Assembly (NCBI GenBank): GCA_965214045.1
Contig: OZ243935.1
Span: 2,663,231-2,727,230, forward strand
Source: Candidatus Poribacteria bacterium
Lineage (GTDB): Bacteria > Poribacteria > WGA-4E > WGA-3G
DNA length: 64,000 nucleotides
Direction: 5' to 3'
Part shown: in pieces, positions 48,958 through 59,072 of the stretch
How the letters are laid out: each line of letters opens with the position of its first letter
How positions within the stretch are numbered: position 1 is the stretch's first letter
The notes under the pieces: model-generated
What the model saw: only the letters and a program-made list of their open reading frames with translations
Database searches by the model: none
Told to the model about the DNA's origin: nothing
Made by a program: the position numbers and the translations under genes

Positions 48958-50790
48958 GTGGCATCTTACGAAACTCATGAATATGATGTACTGATAATCG
49001 GAGCCGGTGGTGCTGGACTTCGTGCCGCTATTGAAGCCGCCGCAGGTGACCTAAAAGTGGGACTCATCTGTAAATCCTTGCTCGGCAAGGCGCACACTGT
49101 TATGGCAGAAGGGGGCGTCGCTGCGGCTTTGGCAAACGTTGACGAAAGAGACAGTTGGCGTGTGCATTTTGCTGATACCATGCGCGGTGGGCAATATCTC
49201 TCTAACGCACGAATGGCAGAACTCCATGCACAAGAATCACCCGACCGAGTGCGCGAACTTGAAGCGTGGGGTGCTCTGTTTGATCGCACACAGGATGGCG
49301 GCATCCTTCAACGGAATTTTGGCGGACACCAATACCCGCGCCTCGCACACGTCGGCGATCGAACTGGGTTGGAAATGATCCGAGCACTACAGGATCACGG
49401 TATTCATCAAGGCATTGAAGTGCACATGGAGAATACCGTCGTTTCGCTCTTGAAAACCGGCGAAAGGGTCTCAGGGGCATTCGGTTACGAGCGTGAAAAA
49501 GGACGGTTCAAGATCTTTTCCGCAAAAGCAGTCGTTTTAGCAACAGGCGGTGTCGGAAAAGCATACAAAATTACGAGCAATAGTTGGGAATATACCGGCG
49601 ATGGACACTCTCTCGCATACCATGCCGGTGCAGAACTCATAGACATGGAGTTCGTCCAATTCCATCCGACAGGTATGGTGTGGCCCCCCAGTGTCCGAGG
49701 TATCTTGGTCACAGAAGGGGTGCGTGGCGAAGGCGGCATCCTCACAAACAGTGAAGGCAAACGCTTCATGTTCGATGATATCCCAGAACTCTATGTGAAC
49801 CAGACAGCAGACAGCCCTGAGGAAGGGTGGCGATATACGCAAGGCGACCGAGACGCACGCCGTCCGCCTGAGCTTCTCACACGCGATCATGTCGCACGGT
49901 GCATCGTCCGAGAGGTACAAGAGGGTCGCGGAAGTCCACACGGTGGGGTATTCTTGGATATCGCGTGGATTAAGGAAAAAATTTCAAACGCTCCAGAGCA
50001 TATCCGTAGAAAACTGCCGAGTATGTACCATCAATTCAAGGAACTCGCCGACATCGACATCACACAGGAACCGATGGAAGTTGGCCCGACAACGCACTAT
50101 ATCATGGGCGGTATTCGGGTCGATGCGGATTCACAGATGACAGCGGTTCCCGGGCTCTTCGCCGCGGGCGAATGCGCTGCGGGATTACACGGTGCCAATA
50201 GACTTGGCGGTAATTCGCTCTCCGATTTGCTTGTCTTCGGCAAACGCGCCGGAGAATACGCCGCACAGTTTGCAGAAGAGAACGAAGCAGTCTCACTGGA
50301 TGAAGCAGAAATTGATACAATCGCCGCACATACACTAAAACCCTTTGAAAACCCAGCAGACGATGGTAGCGGTGAAAAAATTGGACCCTACGACATTCAA
50401 GCACAACTTCAGGACAAGATGCAGGAACTCGTGGGTATCGCTCGAAGTCAGGAAAGCCTCACGCAAGCCTTGGAAGAGATCCAGAATCTGCGCCAGCAGG
50501 CAGAGGATGTTCATGCTGTCGGCAATCGAGAATACAACTCCGGGTGGCATACCGCGCTTGATCTTGACTGCTTGCTCACGATTTCCGAATCGATTGCACT
50601 CGCGGCACTTGAACGCAGGGCAAGCATCGGTGCGCATTCACGGGACGATTATCCAGAGAAAGAGGAACCCGACGCAGGCAAATATAACACCATCGTCAAG
50701 AAGGCAACCGACGGCACAATGGAGGTTCGCCGACAACCCGTTGATGAACTCCGATCCGATCTGCAGGAAATCATAGACGAAATCGGATAA
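48958..50790 (+). CDS. sdhA: Succinate dehydrogenase/fumarate reductase flavoprotein
   Basis: GAGGAG, AHTVMAEGG, QFHPTG, TEGVRGEGG, HYIMGG, HGANRLGGNSL; GTG 48958 preferred. Confidence 0.95.
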   Translation: MASYETHEYDVLIIGAGGAGLRAAIEAAAGDLKVGLICKSLLGKAHTVMAEGGVAAALANVDERDSWRVHFADTMRGGQYLSNARMAELHAQESPDRVRELEAWGALFDRTQDGGILQRNFGGHQYPRLAHVGDRTGLEMIRALQDHGIHQGIEVHMENTVVSLLKTGERVSGAFGYEREKGRFKIFSAKAVVLATGGVGKAYKITSNSWEYTGDGHSLAYHAGAELIDMEFVQFHPTGMVWPPSVRGILVTEGVRGEGGILTNSEGKRFMFDDIPELYVNQTADSPEEGWRYTQGDRDARRPPELLTRDHVARCIVREVQEGRGSPHGGVFLDIAWIKEKISNAPEHIRRKLPSMYHQFKELADIDITQEPMEVGPTTHYIMGGIRVDADSQMTAVPGLFAAGECAAGLHGANRLGGNSLSDLLVFGKRAGEYAAQFAEENEAVSLDEAEIDTIAAHTLKPFENPADDGSGEKIGPYDIQAQLQDKMQELVGIARSQESLTQALEEIQNLRQQAEDVHAVGNREYNSGWHTALDLDCLLTISESIALAALERRASIGAHSRDDYPEKEEPDAGKYNTIVKKATDGTMEVRRQPVDELRSDLQEIIDEIG

Positions 50791-50878
50791 TTTTTAAGTG
50801 TTCGCCAGGCGTTAAATCAGGTGTAGGGAACGTGAAATCCCAAACCCGCCTCAACGAACCGCAAGGAAAATTAAAAAA

Positions 50879-51619
50879 ATGGCAAAAGCAACATTTAGAA
50901 TCTGGCGTGGTAATGCGGATGGCGCAGAATTTGTCGATTACGACACCGAGGTATCTGAGGGGATGGTGGTTTTAGACGCTGTCCACCGTATCCAAGCCGA
51001 GCAGGCGAACGATATGGCTGTCCGCTGGAATTGTAAAGCGGGAAAATGCGGATCCTGCTCCGCTGAAATCAACGGACAACCGAAATTGATGTGCATGACG
51101 CGTCTCAATGACTTATCCCTTGATGAACCTGTTACCGTTGAACCGATGCGTGCATTTCCGCTCATCAAAGACCTCGTTACGGATGTCTCATGGAACTACA
51201 AAGTTAAAGAGAAAATGAAACCCTTCACGCCACGACCGCCTGATGCCGAAGACGGCACATGGCGGATGGAACAGGAAGACATTGATCACATCCAAGAGTT
51301 TCGGAAGTGCATTGAGTGTTTCCTCTGTCAGGATGTCTGCCATGTCCTTCGGGAACACGATCTTCATGACGAATTCATCGGACCGAGATTCTTCGTTTAC
51401 GCCGCTTCCTTAGAAATGCACCCGATTGACACGGAAAACCGGCTCGAAGAATTGAAGGATTCGGATGGTATCGGGTATTGTAACATTACTAAGTGTTGTA
51501 CAAAGGTCTGTCCGGAGCATATCACGATTACGGACAACGCCATCATCCCGCTCAAAGAACGCGTCGTTGACCAATTCTACGATCCGATTAAAAAACTGTT
51601 TCGCGTCTTTAGTCAGTAA
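50879..51619 (+). CDS. sdhB: Succinate dehydrogenase/fumarate reductase iron-sulfur subunit
   Basis: CKAGKCGSC, CIECFLCQDVC, CNITKCCTKVCP. Confidence 0.95.
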   Translation: MAKATFRIWRGNADGAEFVDYDTEVSEGMVVLDAVHRIQAEQANDMAVRWNCKAGKCGSCSAEINGQPKLMCMTRLNDLSLDEPVTVEPMRAFPLIKDLVTDVSWNYKVKEKMKPFTPRPPDAEDGTWRMEQEDIDHIQEFRKCIECFLCQDVCHVLREHDLHDEFIGPRFFVYAASLEMHPIDTENRLEELKDSDGIGYCNITKCCTKVCPEHITITDNAIIPLKERVVDQFYDPIKKLFRVFSQ

Positions 51620-51841
51620 GGTATGACTGGAACACTCGTGTTCAGAACATCAAAGTTGTCAGCGAACTGAAGGTTCTAATCTAACCCCAAAATAAATTGA
51701 CCTTTCTCAAAATTTGTGATAGACTTGCTTACCTTTGATGGAAGTACCGTAATTGCACTATGAACCATCTCGATGAAATCCTTGTTGAACGGAAGGTTAC
51801 GTAAAAAATTACGCTTGACATACTCTGGAGAGGTAAGAATC

Positions 51842-52978
51842 ATGGGAACCAACAAAAATGATATTTTAAGAGTCGGTGTGATTGGACCCGGCGGTGCAGG
51901 ACGAGGGAACACACTCGGTTTCGCAACACGTCCCGATGCTGAAATCGTCGCCGCTGTGGACACCCACGAAACGAGTTTGGACGCTTTGGAAAGCGCGCTC
52001 CAGGAACGGGTTGACGGCTATAAAGCGAATAGTTTCAACCGCTACCTCGGTGACTATGAGTTCGTGGAGATGCTCAATCACGAAGATTTGGATATAGTCG
52101 GTGTATTCTCGCCTCATTCTCTTCACGATATTCACACGAAATACGCGCTCCGCGCCGGATGCCACGTTATCGTCGAAAAACCGATGGCGAATGTCGTTGG
52201 TGATGCAATCGCGGTAACCAAAATCGCAATGGGTAGTGGATTGCACCTCGTTGGTGGGTATCAACGACATTACGAGGATACTTACATGGCAGCCAGACGC
52301 GCAATCGCTGAAGGGCGCATCGGTAACCTCCAGAAATTTGAGGTCTACATGGCACAGCGGTGGGGTGCCGGTGGATGGCGAGGAGATCCACGCTTCTCCG
52401 GCGGTGGACAGCCCAACGATTCAGGAAGCCACCTCCAAGATATATTCTTGTGGATGACGGGGGCCTTGCCCGCTGAGGTCTACGGAACAACTGACATGAA
52501 ATTTGAGGACGACGATGGAAACCTCGTTCCAAAGTTCGTGGAAATTAATTCCTACTCCGATGTAACGCTGGATAACGGTGCCGAAGGCACAATCACTATC
52601 CTCGGCAACACGCGCGTTGGGTTTGAAGAATGGGTAATTCTGGAAGGCGATGAAGGAACCATCGAAATCAAAAACGGCATTCGCTACACTCCGAAAGGTG
52701 GTGAGCCGGAACCTCTTGCTTATCCGCGTCCGGCAGGATACCCCGGCAGCAAAGTTGACCAACTCGTCGGTTTGGTGAAAGGTGAGTATCAGACGAACTA
52801 TACCTCTGGCATCAACGGGGTACGCACCAGTTGGTTAACAAATTCGATTCTCGAAGCAGGTAAGGGACCCGACGCGAAAAACACGGTGAATTGCGACAAT
52901 CTCATTCAGAAAGAGGGCTACACTCGGCAAGAAGTTTTAGAATTGATTGATGAATGTGCATCCAGGTCATGCTATTAA
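51842..52978 (+). CDS. Gfo/Idh/MocA oxidoreductase
   Basis: GVIGPGGAG, VEKPMA, GGGQPNDSGSHLQD. Confidence 0.88.
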   Translation: MGTNKNDILRVGVIGPGGAGRGNTLGFATRPDAEIVAAVDTHETSLDALESALQERVDGYKANSFNRYLGDYEFVEMLNHEDLDIVGVFSPHSLHDIHTKYALRAGCHVIVEKPMANVVGDAIAVTKIAMGSGLHLVGGYQRHYEDTYMAARRAIAEGRIGNLQKFEVYMAQRWGAGGWRGDPRFSGGGQPNDSGSHLQDIFLWMTGALPAEVYGTTDMKFEDDDGNLVPKFVEINSYSDVTLDNGAEGTITILGNTRVGFEEWVILEGDEGTIEIKNGIRYTPKGGEPEPLAYPRPAGYPGSKVDQLVGLVKGEYQTNYTSGINGVRTSWLTNSILEAGKGPDAKNTVNCDNLIQKEGYTRQEVLELIDECASRSCY

Positions 52979-53193
52979 AACCTAAGTTGCCACCGTAAAA
53001 AAAATAAACAAGAATTATAGCGACAGGGCACCGTAGAACACCAGAATTTCAGAGAAAATTCCTTGTGTTTTCAATCAAAAACGGTGTATATCTGTCTAAA
53101 ATTTTGTAACCAGCAACTTGGGTGATTGAAGCACGGATGCTTATCCACATAGGTGTCTTCAAACCGAGTCAATATCAAAAAAGGAGAAAGACC

Positions 53194-55194
53194 GTGAAAT
53201 ATTCGGCACAACTCGCAACCAAAACTTATGATCGCTGGCAAAAACTTGCTGTTAAAAGTATAAGATATTGCCCGCTTGTCGCTATTGTTTTGGTGGCACT
53301 GATCCAAATCAGTTGCGTATCCGGTGGCGCGCTGCGCACCGCAGAAAAACTCGCTGAACAAAAGGACTATCCAGAGGCGATAGCTGCGTATCAAAGTATT
53401 ATAGATACCCAACCCGGCACGCCCGAAGCCCTTCAAGCGCAACTCGCTATAGGTAAACTGTCTATCGACCGGATGAATCAACCCGCAGAGGGCATCAAAG
53501 CCTATGAAGCAGTCATTGCTGGCGGACCGGAAAGCGACGAAGCCGCTGAAGCACATTATGAACTCGGCATGCACTACTACCGACAAAAAGATTTTGAAGC
53601 CGCCCAAACCCGATTTGACGCAGTTGTTAATAACTTCCCACATCTCGAATTGAGCCACAACGCACAACTGATGCTGGCAAAAAGTTTTGAAGAAGCGAAG
53701 GACTTTGAACAGGCAGTAGAGGTGTTCGATAACTTCGCAAACCGAAATCCTCGAAGTGAACGTGCCGCACTCGCTATTGCGAATAAAGGGCGAATCCAAC
53801 GACAGCACCTCAAAAACGAAGATGAAGCGAAACGCACGTATCAATCGCTCGTTAAAAGATATGGGAAGGTCGAGGGTGCTGAAGAAGAGATTGAGAAAGC
53901 AAAACAGGAACTGACAGACCTCAAAGCCAGCATTCCAGAACCTGATGATCCACTGGCGACACAGCTTGGTAGAGCTTACGCACAGCAAGATGCGAGACGT
54001 GAACGGGACCGACCGCGCGGGGGTGTTGAGAAAAGCCGCGCAATGGGAAATGTCGATTTACAGATCGCAGACTCCGGATTCGGGGTGAGTGCATCAGAAG
54101 TCATGCGGAATTTCGGCGGTCAAGGGGGTATCGCAGGTGATGACCAAGGCACTTATTATGACGCTGAACTGATGATTGCCAACTTTTTCTACGGCGATGA
54201 AAGTTATCGTGACGCAGGCGCGTTGTACTTCGATGCAATTGCCCGCGCAGAGTCGGCAAATGTGAAGCTTGACCCGTATACCTACCTCAAACTCTCAATT
54301 TGCTACCGAAAACTCGGGATGCATCAACGGGCGAAAGAGGTTCTCAAGAAAGCCGCAAGCCGAGATGGTGGTGTCATTCAAGCCGTCATCGACACCGGAC
54401 GAACTCACTACACTTCCGAATCGTATGAGAAAGCGATAGAAACCTACACTTCTGTGCTTGGAATGGCGAAAAGAAAAGATTCCGAGATTTACTGGTTACT
54501 CTCGCTGGCACACAAAAAGTTAGGTGAACCCGAGAAGGAACGAGACGTTCTGGAGAAGTCTGTCGCGGCGAACACACAGAATTTGGATGCGTTGCAAAGC
54601 CTGGCAGAAGTCCTCCATTATCGGTTAAAGGACAGGAAAGCCGCCGGAATCTTTCAGGATCTCGTTGATCAGAAAGGTGATTCGTACATCGGATCTAAAA
54701 CCCTCGGTGACCTCACCTATAGGTACGGGAATTATGTGCAATCCCGTGCCAAGTATAGAGCCGCCGCACGAACAGCGAAACGATTGCTCGACAAATCGGA
54801 AAGCAAGGTCGAACAACAAAAACTTCGCAATCAGGTTATTTATGCGACGATCCTTGCCGCACGTGCAACCTACCACTTGAAGAAATTGGAAGATGCGCAG
54901 AAGATGATAGATGAATTGGCAGCAGAGTATCCCGAACACGCCTTAATCCCTTACGGTAGGGGTGAATTGGCACTTTTAGACGGCGATGCAGAAACCGCTG
55001 TTGCTGAATTCAAAGCATCTATTGAGAAGGATCCGCTTTCCGATATTCCCCTGTTAGCGCTCGGGGAGTACTATGTCTCACAGGGGTTTAATGATGACGC
55101 TATAACCCTTTGGGAGGGCTACTTGGCGGAAAATCAATATAACCAGAGCGTCCGTCGCAGCCTTAAGAAGTTGAAAGGTGAAGACGCGGAATAA
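53194..55194 (+). CDS. TPR-repeat lipoprotein (BamD/YbgF-like repeats)
   Basis: SD AAGGAG before GTG 53194; lipobox-like QISC; multiple TPRs. Confidence 0.8.
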   Translation: MKYSAQLATKTYDRWQKLAVKSIRYCPLVAIVLVALIQISCVSGGALRTAEKLAEQKDYPEAIAAYQSIIDTQPGTPEALQAQLAIGKLSIDRMNQPAEGIKAYEAVIAGGPESDEAAEAHYELGMHYYRQKDFEAAQTRFDAVVNNFPHLELSHNAQLMLAKSFEEAKDFEQAVEVFDNFANRNPRSERAALAIANKGRIQRQHLKNEDEAKRTYQSLVKRYGKVEGAEEEIEKAKQELTDLKASIPEPDDPLATQLGRAYAQQDARRERDRPRGGVEKSRAMGNVDLQIADSGFGVSASEVMRNFGGQGGIAGDDQGTYYDAELMIANFFYGDESYRDAGALYFDAIARAESANVKLDPYTYLKLSICYRKLGMHQRAKEVLKKAASRDGGVIQAVIDTGRTHYTSESYEKAIETYTSVLGMAKRKDSEIYWLLSLAHKKLGEPEKERDVLEKSVAANTQNLDALQSLAEVLHYRLKDRKAAGIFQDLVDQKGDSYIGSKTLGDLTYRYGNYVQSRAKYRAAARTAKRLLDKSESKVEQQKLRNQVIYATILAARATYHLKKLEDAQKMIDELAAEYPEHALIPYGRGELALLDGDAETAVAEFKASIEKDPLSDIPLLALGEYYVSQGFNDDAITLWEGYLAENQYNQSVRRSLKKLKGEDAE

Positions 55195-55268
55195 GTGTTG
55201 TAAACAGCGCGGTTGGAAAACCGCGCGACATCATAATTTTGGGAAAATCAGTCTTTTTTTAAAAAAAC

Positions 55269-55297
55269 TTGACGTTTTATCGTGAATTGTGTATAAT
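55269..55297 (+). promoter_or_regulatory. Sigma70 promoter ~700 bp upstream of rho
   Basis: TTGACG-17 nt-TATAAT with extended TG. Confidence 0.7.
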
Positions 55298-56003
55298 TAA
55301 CAGTTAGAGTTTTAACTTCCTAGCGCAAGCACGCTTTAAGGGTGCAATTCGCAGCTTTCCCCTGATGAAACAGTGCAAATCCCGAAAAAAGCGTCCTTTG
55401 AGGAAAAACGAGTCACTGGTTGTAAGGTAGTGCGTGCAACGCCAGTTTTGATATGGAAAACCAAGTGGCACCTTTAGGTCGAAACCACCTTCTAACACGT
55501 ATCTCGAATCAACCATACAAGAAACACTCCCACGGGCAACGTTGCACCTACTCCATCGATATCCCTGTATACCCTGCATCTTGCTCTGTTGCATATCTTG
55601 ACGGTGTAGCGCGTCGCCCGCAAGCGCGTCTTCAGAAGCCTCATGCGTTCGGTTGGAGTGTCATACCAGATTAACCGGGTTTGTGGTAAAATCCAGTTTT
55701 CGTGCCTTGGTTCTATTACGCGATTTATTAAAAAAACAGAGTAGTGAAATCCGGTCGGTGTGGTTTTCAATCGCGAACCGAAAGCGATAGAAACCAACTT
55801 CAGTAAATTATTCTATAGAATCAGCCCCGATTCCATTTTAACCTCTATTTTGTCTCCTATTTTAGCAACTGCTGTCAAATTGCGATTCCATTTTTAACAT
55901 ATCGCACATTTGAGGGGAGACAAAGAATTCGCTAGGTGGTTAGATGAACGCCATGGTGGAACGATTACCTTGGAACCGGGCACAATGAGGAGTACTTGAA
56001 ACT

Positions 56004-57332
56004 ATGGAGAGCTTGGACATTCGCAAGCTCCAAGAAATGGAGTTCTCGGAACTCAAAGACTTTGCGCAGACTCTCGCAGTGACTGAATACAACGGGTCTC
56101 GGAAAGAGGAATTGATTAACGAAATTATAGAGGCTAAATCTGAGAGTGATACCCAGTTTTACGGCGGGGGTGTCTTGGAAATTCTTGATGACCGAGACCA
56201 GCATTATGGCTTTCTTCGTTCATCGCGCTCCAATTATTTGCAAAGTAACGAGGATATTTATGTGTCCTCCTCGCAAATTCGGCGATTCGATTTACAAACC
56301 GGACACGTCGTTGAAGGCGTAATTCGTCCCCCAAAGAAGACGGAAAACAAGGCAGAGCGCTACTTCGCGATGTTACAAATTGAGAAGGTTAACGGAGAAA
56401 TACCTGAAGCCGTCAAACAGAAAATCCTTTTCAATAACCTCACTCCTATTCACCCGTACGAAAAAATGAAGCTCGAACATAATCAGTCAGAGTACGGGAC
56501 TCGCATCGTGGATCTAATAGCACCCATTGGGAAGGGGCAACGCGGTTTGATTGTCGCGCCTCCTTACAGTGGTAAGACCACGCTACTGAAGAATATTGCC
56601 GCCGGCATTGAAGCGAACCATCCCGAAGTCATTCTCATCTTTTTACTCATTGATGAGCGTCCCGAGGAAGTTACAGATGTCGCCCGTTCTGTTAAAGGAG
56701 AGGTCATTAGCTCTACTTTCGATGAACATCCCGAACGGCACATTCAGGTCGCAGAGATGGCAATTGAAAAGGCGAAGCGATGGGCAGAGTACGGAAAAGA
56801 TGTCGTCGTTTTGTTGGATAGTATGACCCGACTCGCACGTGCACACAATGTTATGACACCACACAGCGGAAAAACGTTGTCCGGTGGTTTAGATGCCATG
56901 GCGTTTGTGAAACCACGTCAGTTCTGCGGCGCAGCCCGGAAATTTGAAGAAGGTGGAAGTCTAACGGTTATCGCATCTGTGCTTGTTGATACGGAAAGCC
57001 GACAAGATGAATACATCTACGAAGAATTCAAAGGCACTGCCAACATGGAAATCCACATGGAGCGTGCTTTGTTGGATCTCCGCATCTATCCGCCGATTAA
57101 CATTGAAAAGTCAAAAACACGCCGTGAGGAACTCTTGTTAGCACCTGATGTTCTTAACAAAGTCTGGGTACTACGGAAATTCACGAGCCAGATGGATGAC
57201 GCGGAATCGCTTGAAATGCTCATTGGGCAATTCAGCAAAACTGGTACAAATGTAGAATTCCTCGAGCGGATGGTAGACAACGCGACTTACAGTAATACGT
57301 CGGTGAGAACCAACACTCGTCCGAAGCGATGA
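56004..57332 (+). CDS. rho: Transcription termination factor Rho
   Basis: YGFLR, DIYVSSSQIRRF, PIGKGQRGLIVAPP, LIDERPEEV, EEFKGT. Confidence 0.97.
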   Translation: MESLDIRKLQEMEFSELKDFAQTLAVTEYNGSRKEELINEIIEAKSESDTQFYGGGVLEILDDRDQHYGFLRSSRSNYLQSNEDIYVSSSQIRRFDLQTGHVVEGVIRPPKKTENKAERYFAMLQIEKVNGEIPEAVKQKILFNNLTPIHPYEKMKLEHNQSEYGTRIVDLIAPIGKGQRGLIVAPPYSGKTTLLKNIAAGIEANHPEVILIFLLIDERPEEVTDVARSVKGEVISSTFDEHPERHIQVAEMAIEKAKRWAEYGKDVVVLLDSMTRLARAHNVMTPHSGKTLSGGLDAMAFVKPRQFCGAARKFEEGGSLTVIASVLVDTESRQDEYIYEEFKGTANMEIHMERALLDLRIYPPINIEKSKTRREELLLAPDVLNKVWVLRKFTSQMDDAESLEMLIGQFSKTGTNVEFLERMVDNATYSNTSVRTNTRPKR

Positions 57333-57369
57333 GGATGAATTCCGACACGCCTATTCTTCCGCACTTCAA

Positions 57370-57402
57370 GAACGTAACTACAGAAATATTGGAGTTACGT
57401 TC
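57370..57402 (+). terminator. Hairpin after rho
   Basis: gaacgtaact ... agttacgttc inverted repeat. Confidence 0.4.
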
Positions 57403-57406
57403 TAAC

Positions 57407-57510
57407 TATAGTAAAACCGAAAAATAAATGGACATTCACCCTCCCACGGTAGGTGCGGTTTCCCAACCGCACCGGTGTGGAGTGCCCAATTAATTCTAAA
57501 CTTTACTATA
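57407..57510. mobile_element. MITE-like element with a REP-like core
   Basis: Terminal IR tatagtaaa / tttactata extending imperfectly ~30 bp; core ggtaggtgcggtt-tccc-aaccgcacc. Confidence 0.65.
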
Positions 57511-57557
57511 AATCGTGAATAAACGATTCAAAAATGTTGAATTCAAAGGAGGACGCT

Positions 57558-57773
57558 ATGAAAGCCGAAATACATCCGGAAATGGTAGAATGCGTGATTA
57601 CATGCGTTTGTGGCGCGACCCATAAAACGCTTGCTATCCAATCAGCAATGCGGGTAGATATTTGTGGAAAATGTCATCCGTTCTACACTGGACAACAAGC
57701 TCGATTTATCGACACTGCCGGACGCGTTGAAAGTTTCCGCCGACGTTACGGGCTCACCGACGACGATAATTAG
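57558..57773 (+). CDS. rpmE: 50S ribosomal protein L31 (zinc-binding type)
   Basis: [27 protein letters not shown]; SD AGGAGG. Confidence 0.96.
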   Translation: MKAEIHPEMVECVITCVCGATHKTLAIQSAMRVDICGKCHPFYTGQQARFIDTAGRVESFRRRYGLTDDDN

Positions 57774-57979
57774 GAATATCGTTTCGCGGGTAAGTTTATT
57801 GATCGGCGTTCCAGGAAGAGGTACCCGTGCCTTAACAATAACAGGCACGGGAAATGCCTCATGCTTACGGGACAGTAATCAAGCAGGATAGCTATCTACC
57901 CTGTACCCGAAAGTATAGGTAGGCATCCCTCAGCTTTTAACAGTTAACCGCAAGTTCTGACTTGCAAGCGGTGACAAAA

Positions 57980-59047
57980 ATGTTTGAAAAACTCAAAGAT
58001 ATTGAAAATAGATACGCTGAAGTCGAAAGAGCACTCGGAGATCCAGCGGAAATTTCAAATCAACAACGATTAATGGAGTTGTCTAAAACTCACGCAGAAC
58101 TCTCGCCAATTGTGTCCACTTACCTGGAATACCAGCAGTTAGAATCGGCACTTGAAGAGACGCTTCTTCTAATAGAGTCGGAGACGGACGCGGAAATGCT
58201 CGCATTAGCGCAGGAAGAGTTGGACGCGCTCACTGAGAAAAAAGAAGGACTTACTGAGGAACTGAAGGTTCTCCTGATTCCAAAAGATCCGAACGATGCG
58301 AAAAACGTCATCATCGAAATCAGGGCAGGGACAGGCGGTGAAGAAGCCAGCCTTTTTGCAGCCGAATTGTTTCGAATGTACACCCGCTATGCCGAACGCC
58401 AGAACTGGAGGTTGGAACTACTCAGCTCAAATGCAACTGGCTTAAAAGGATTTAAAGAGGTTGTCTTCTCGATTCAAGGACAGAACGCGTACAGTCAACT
58501 GAAATTTGAAGGGGGCATACATCGTGTCCAACGAATTCCTGCAACGGAAGCAAGTGGACGCATTCATACCTCTGCTGCCACCGTAGCCGTTCTCCCTGAA
58601 GCAGAAGAACTCGATTTGGCGATTGATGAGGCAACCGAATTACGTATTGATACCTACCGTTCTTCGGGTCCCGGTGGACAAAGTGTTAACACAACCGATT
58701 CCGCTATTCGTATTACCCACCTGCCAACAGGACTCGTTGTGACATGCCAAGACGAAAAATCCCAGCATAAAAATCGTTCCAAGGCAATGAAGATTCTCCG
58801 TGCCCGCCTTCAAGAACAAAAACAATTTGAGCTTAACAGTGAGAGAGCCGAAACCCGCAGGTCTATGGTCGGCAGTGGCGATAGAAGCGAGAAAATTCGT
58901 ACCTATAACTTCCCGCAATCTCGTGTAACTGACCACCGGATCCAGTTCAGTTCCTATCAACTTGACTCCGTTTTAGATGGTGACCTACAAACGTTTATTC
59001 AGCGGTTAACGACTGCCGATCAGACGGAGAAGTTGCAAGAGGTTTAA
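57980..59047 (+). CDS. prfA: Peptide chain release factor 1
   Basis: EIRAGTGGEEA, PAT anticodon motif (RIPATE), GGQ; next to prmC. Confidence 0.97.
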   Translation: MFEKLKDIENRYAEVERALGDPAEISNQQRLMELSKTHAELSPIVSTYLEYQQLESALEETLLLIESETDAEMLALAQEELDALTEKKEGLTEELKVLLIPKDPNDAKNVIIEIRAGTGGEEASLFAAELFRMYTRYAERQNWRLELLSSNATGLKGFKEVVFSIQGQNAYSQLKFEGGIHRVQRIPATEASGRIHTSAATVAVLPEAEELDLAIDEATELRIDTYRSSGPGGQSVNTTDSAIRITHLPTGLVVTCQDEKSQHKNRSKAMKILRARLQEQKQFELNSERAETRRSMVGSGDRSEKIRTYNFPQSRVTDHRIQFSSYQLDSVLDGDLQTFIQRLTTADQTEKLQEV

Positions 59048-59072
59048 ACCTCTAACTAAGGAACGCGGAACT

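Noticed and set aside
53071-53988. 305-aa minus-strand ORF
   Set aside because: Antisense shadow of the TPR lipoprotein with no motifs
55355-55390. ctgatga...gaaa suggestive of a hammerhead ribozyme
   Set aside because: No pairing for stem II or the flanking stems
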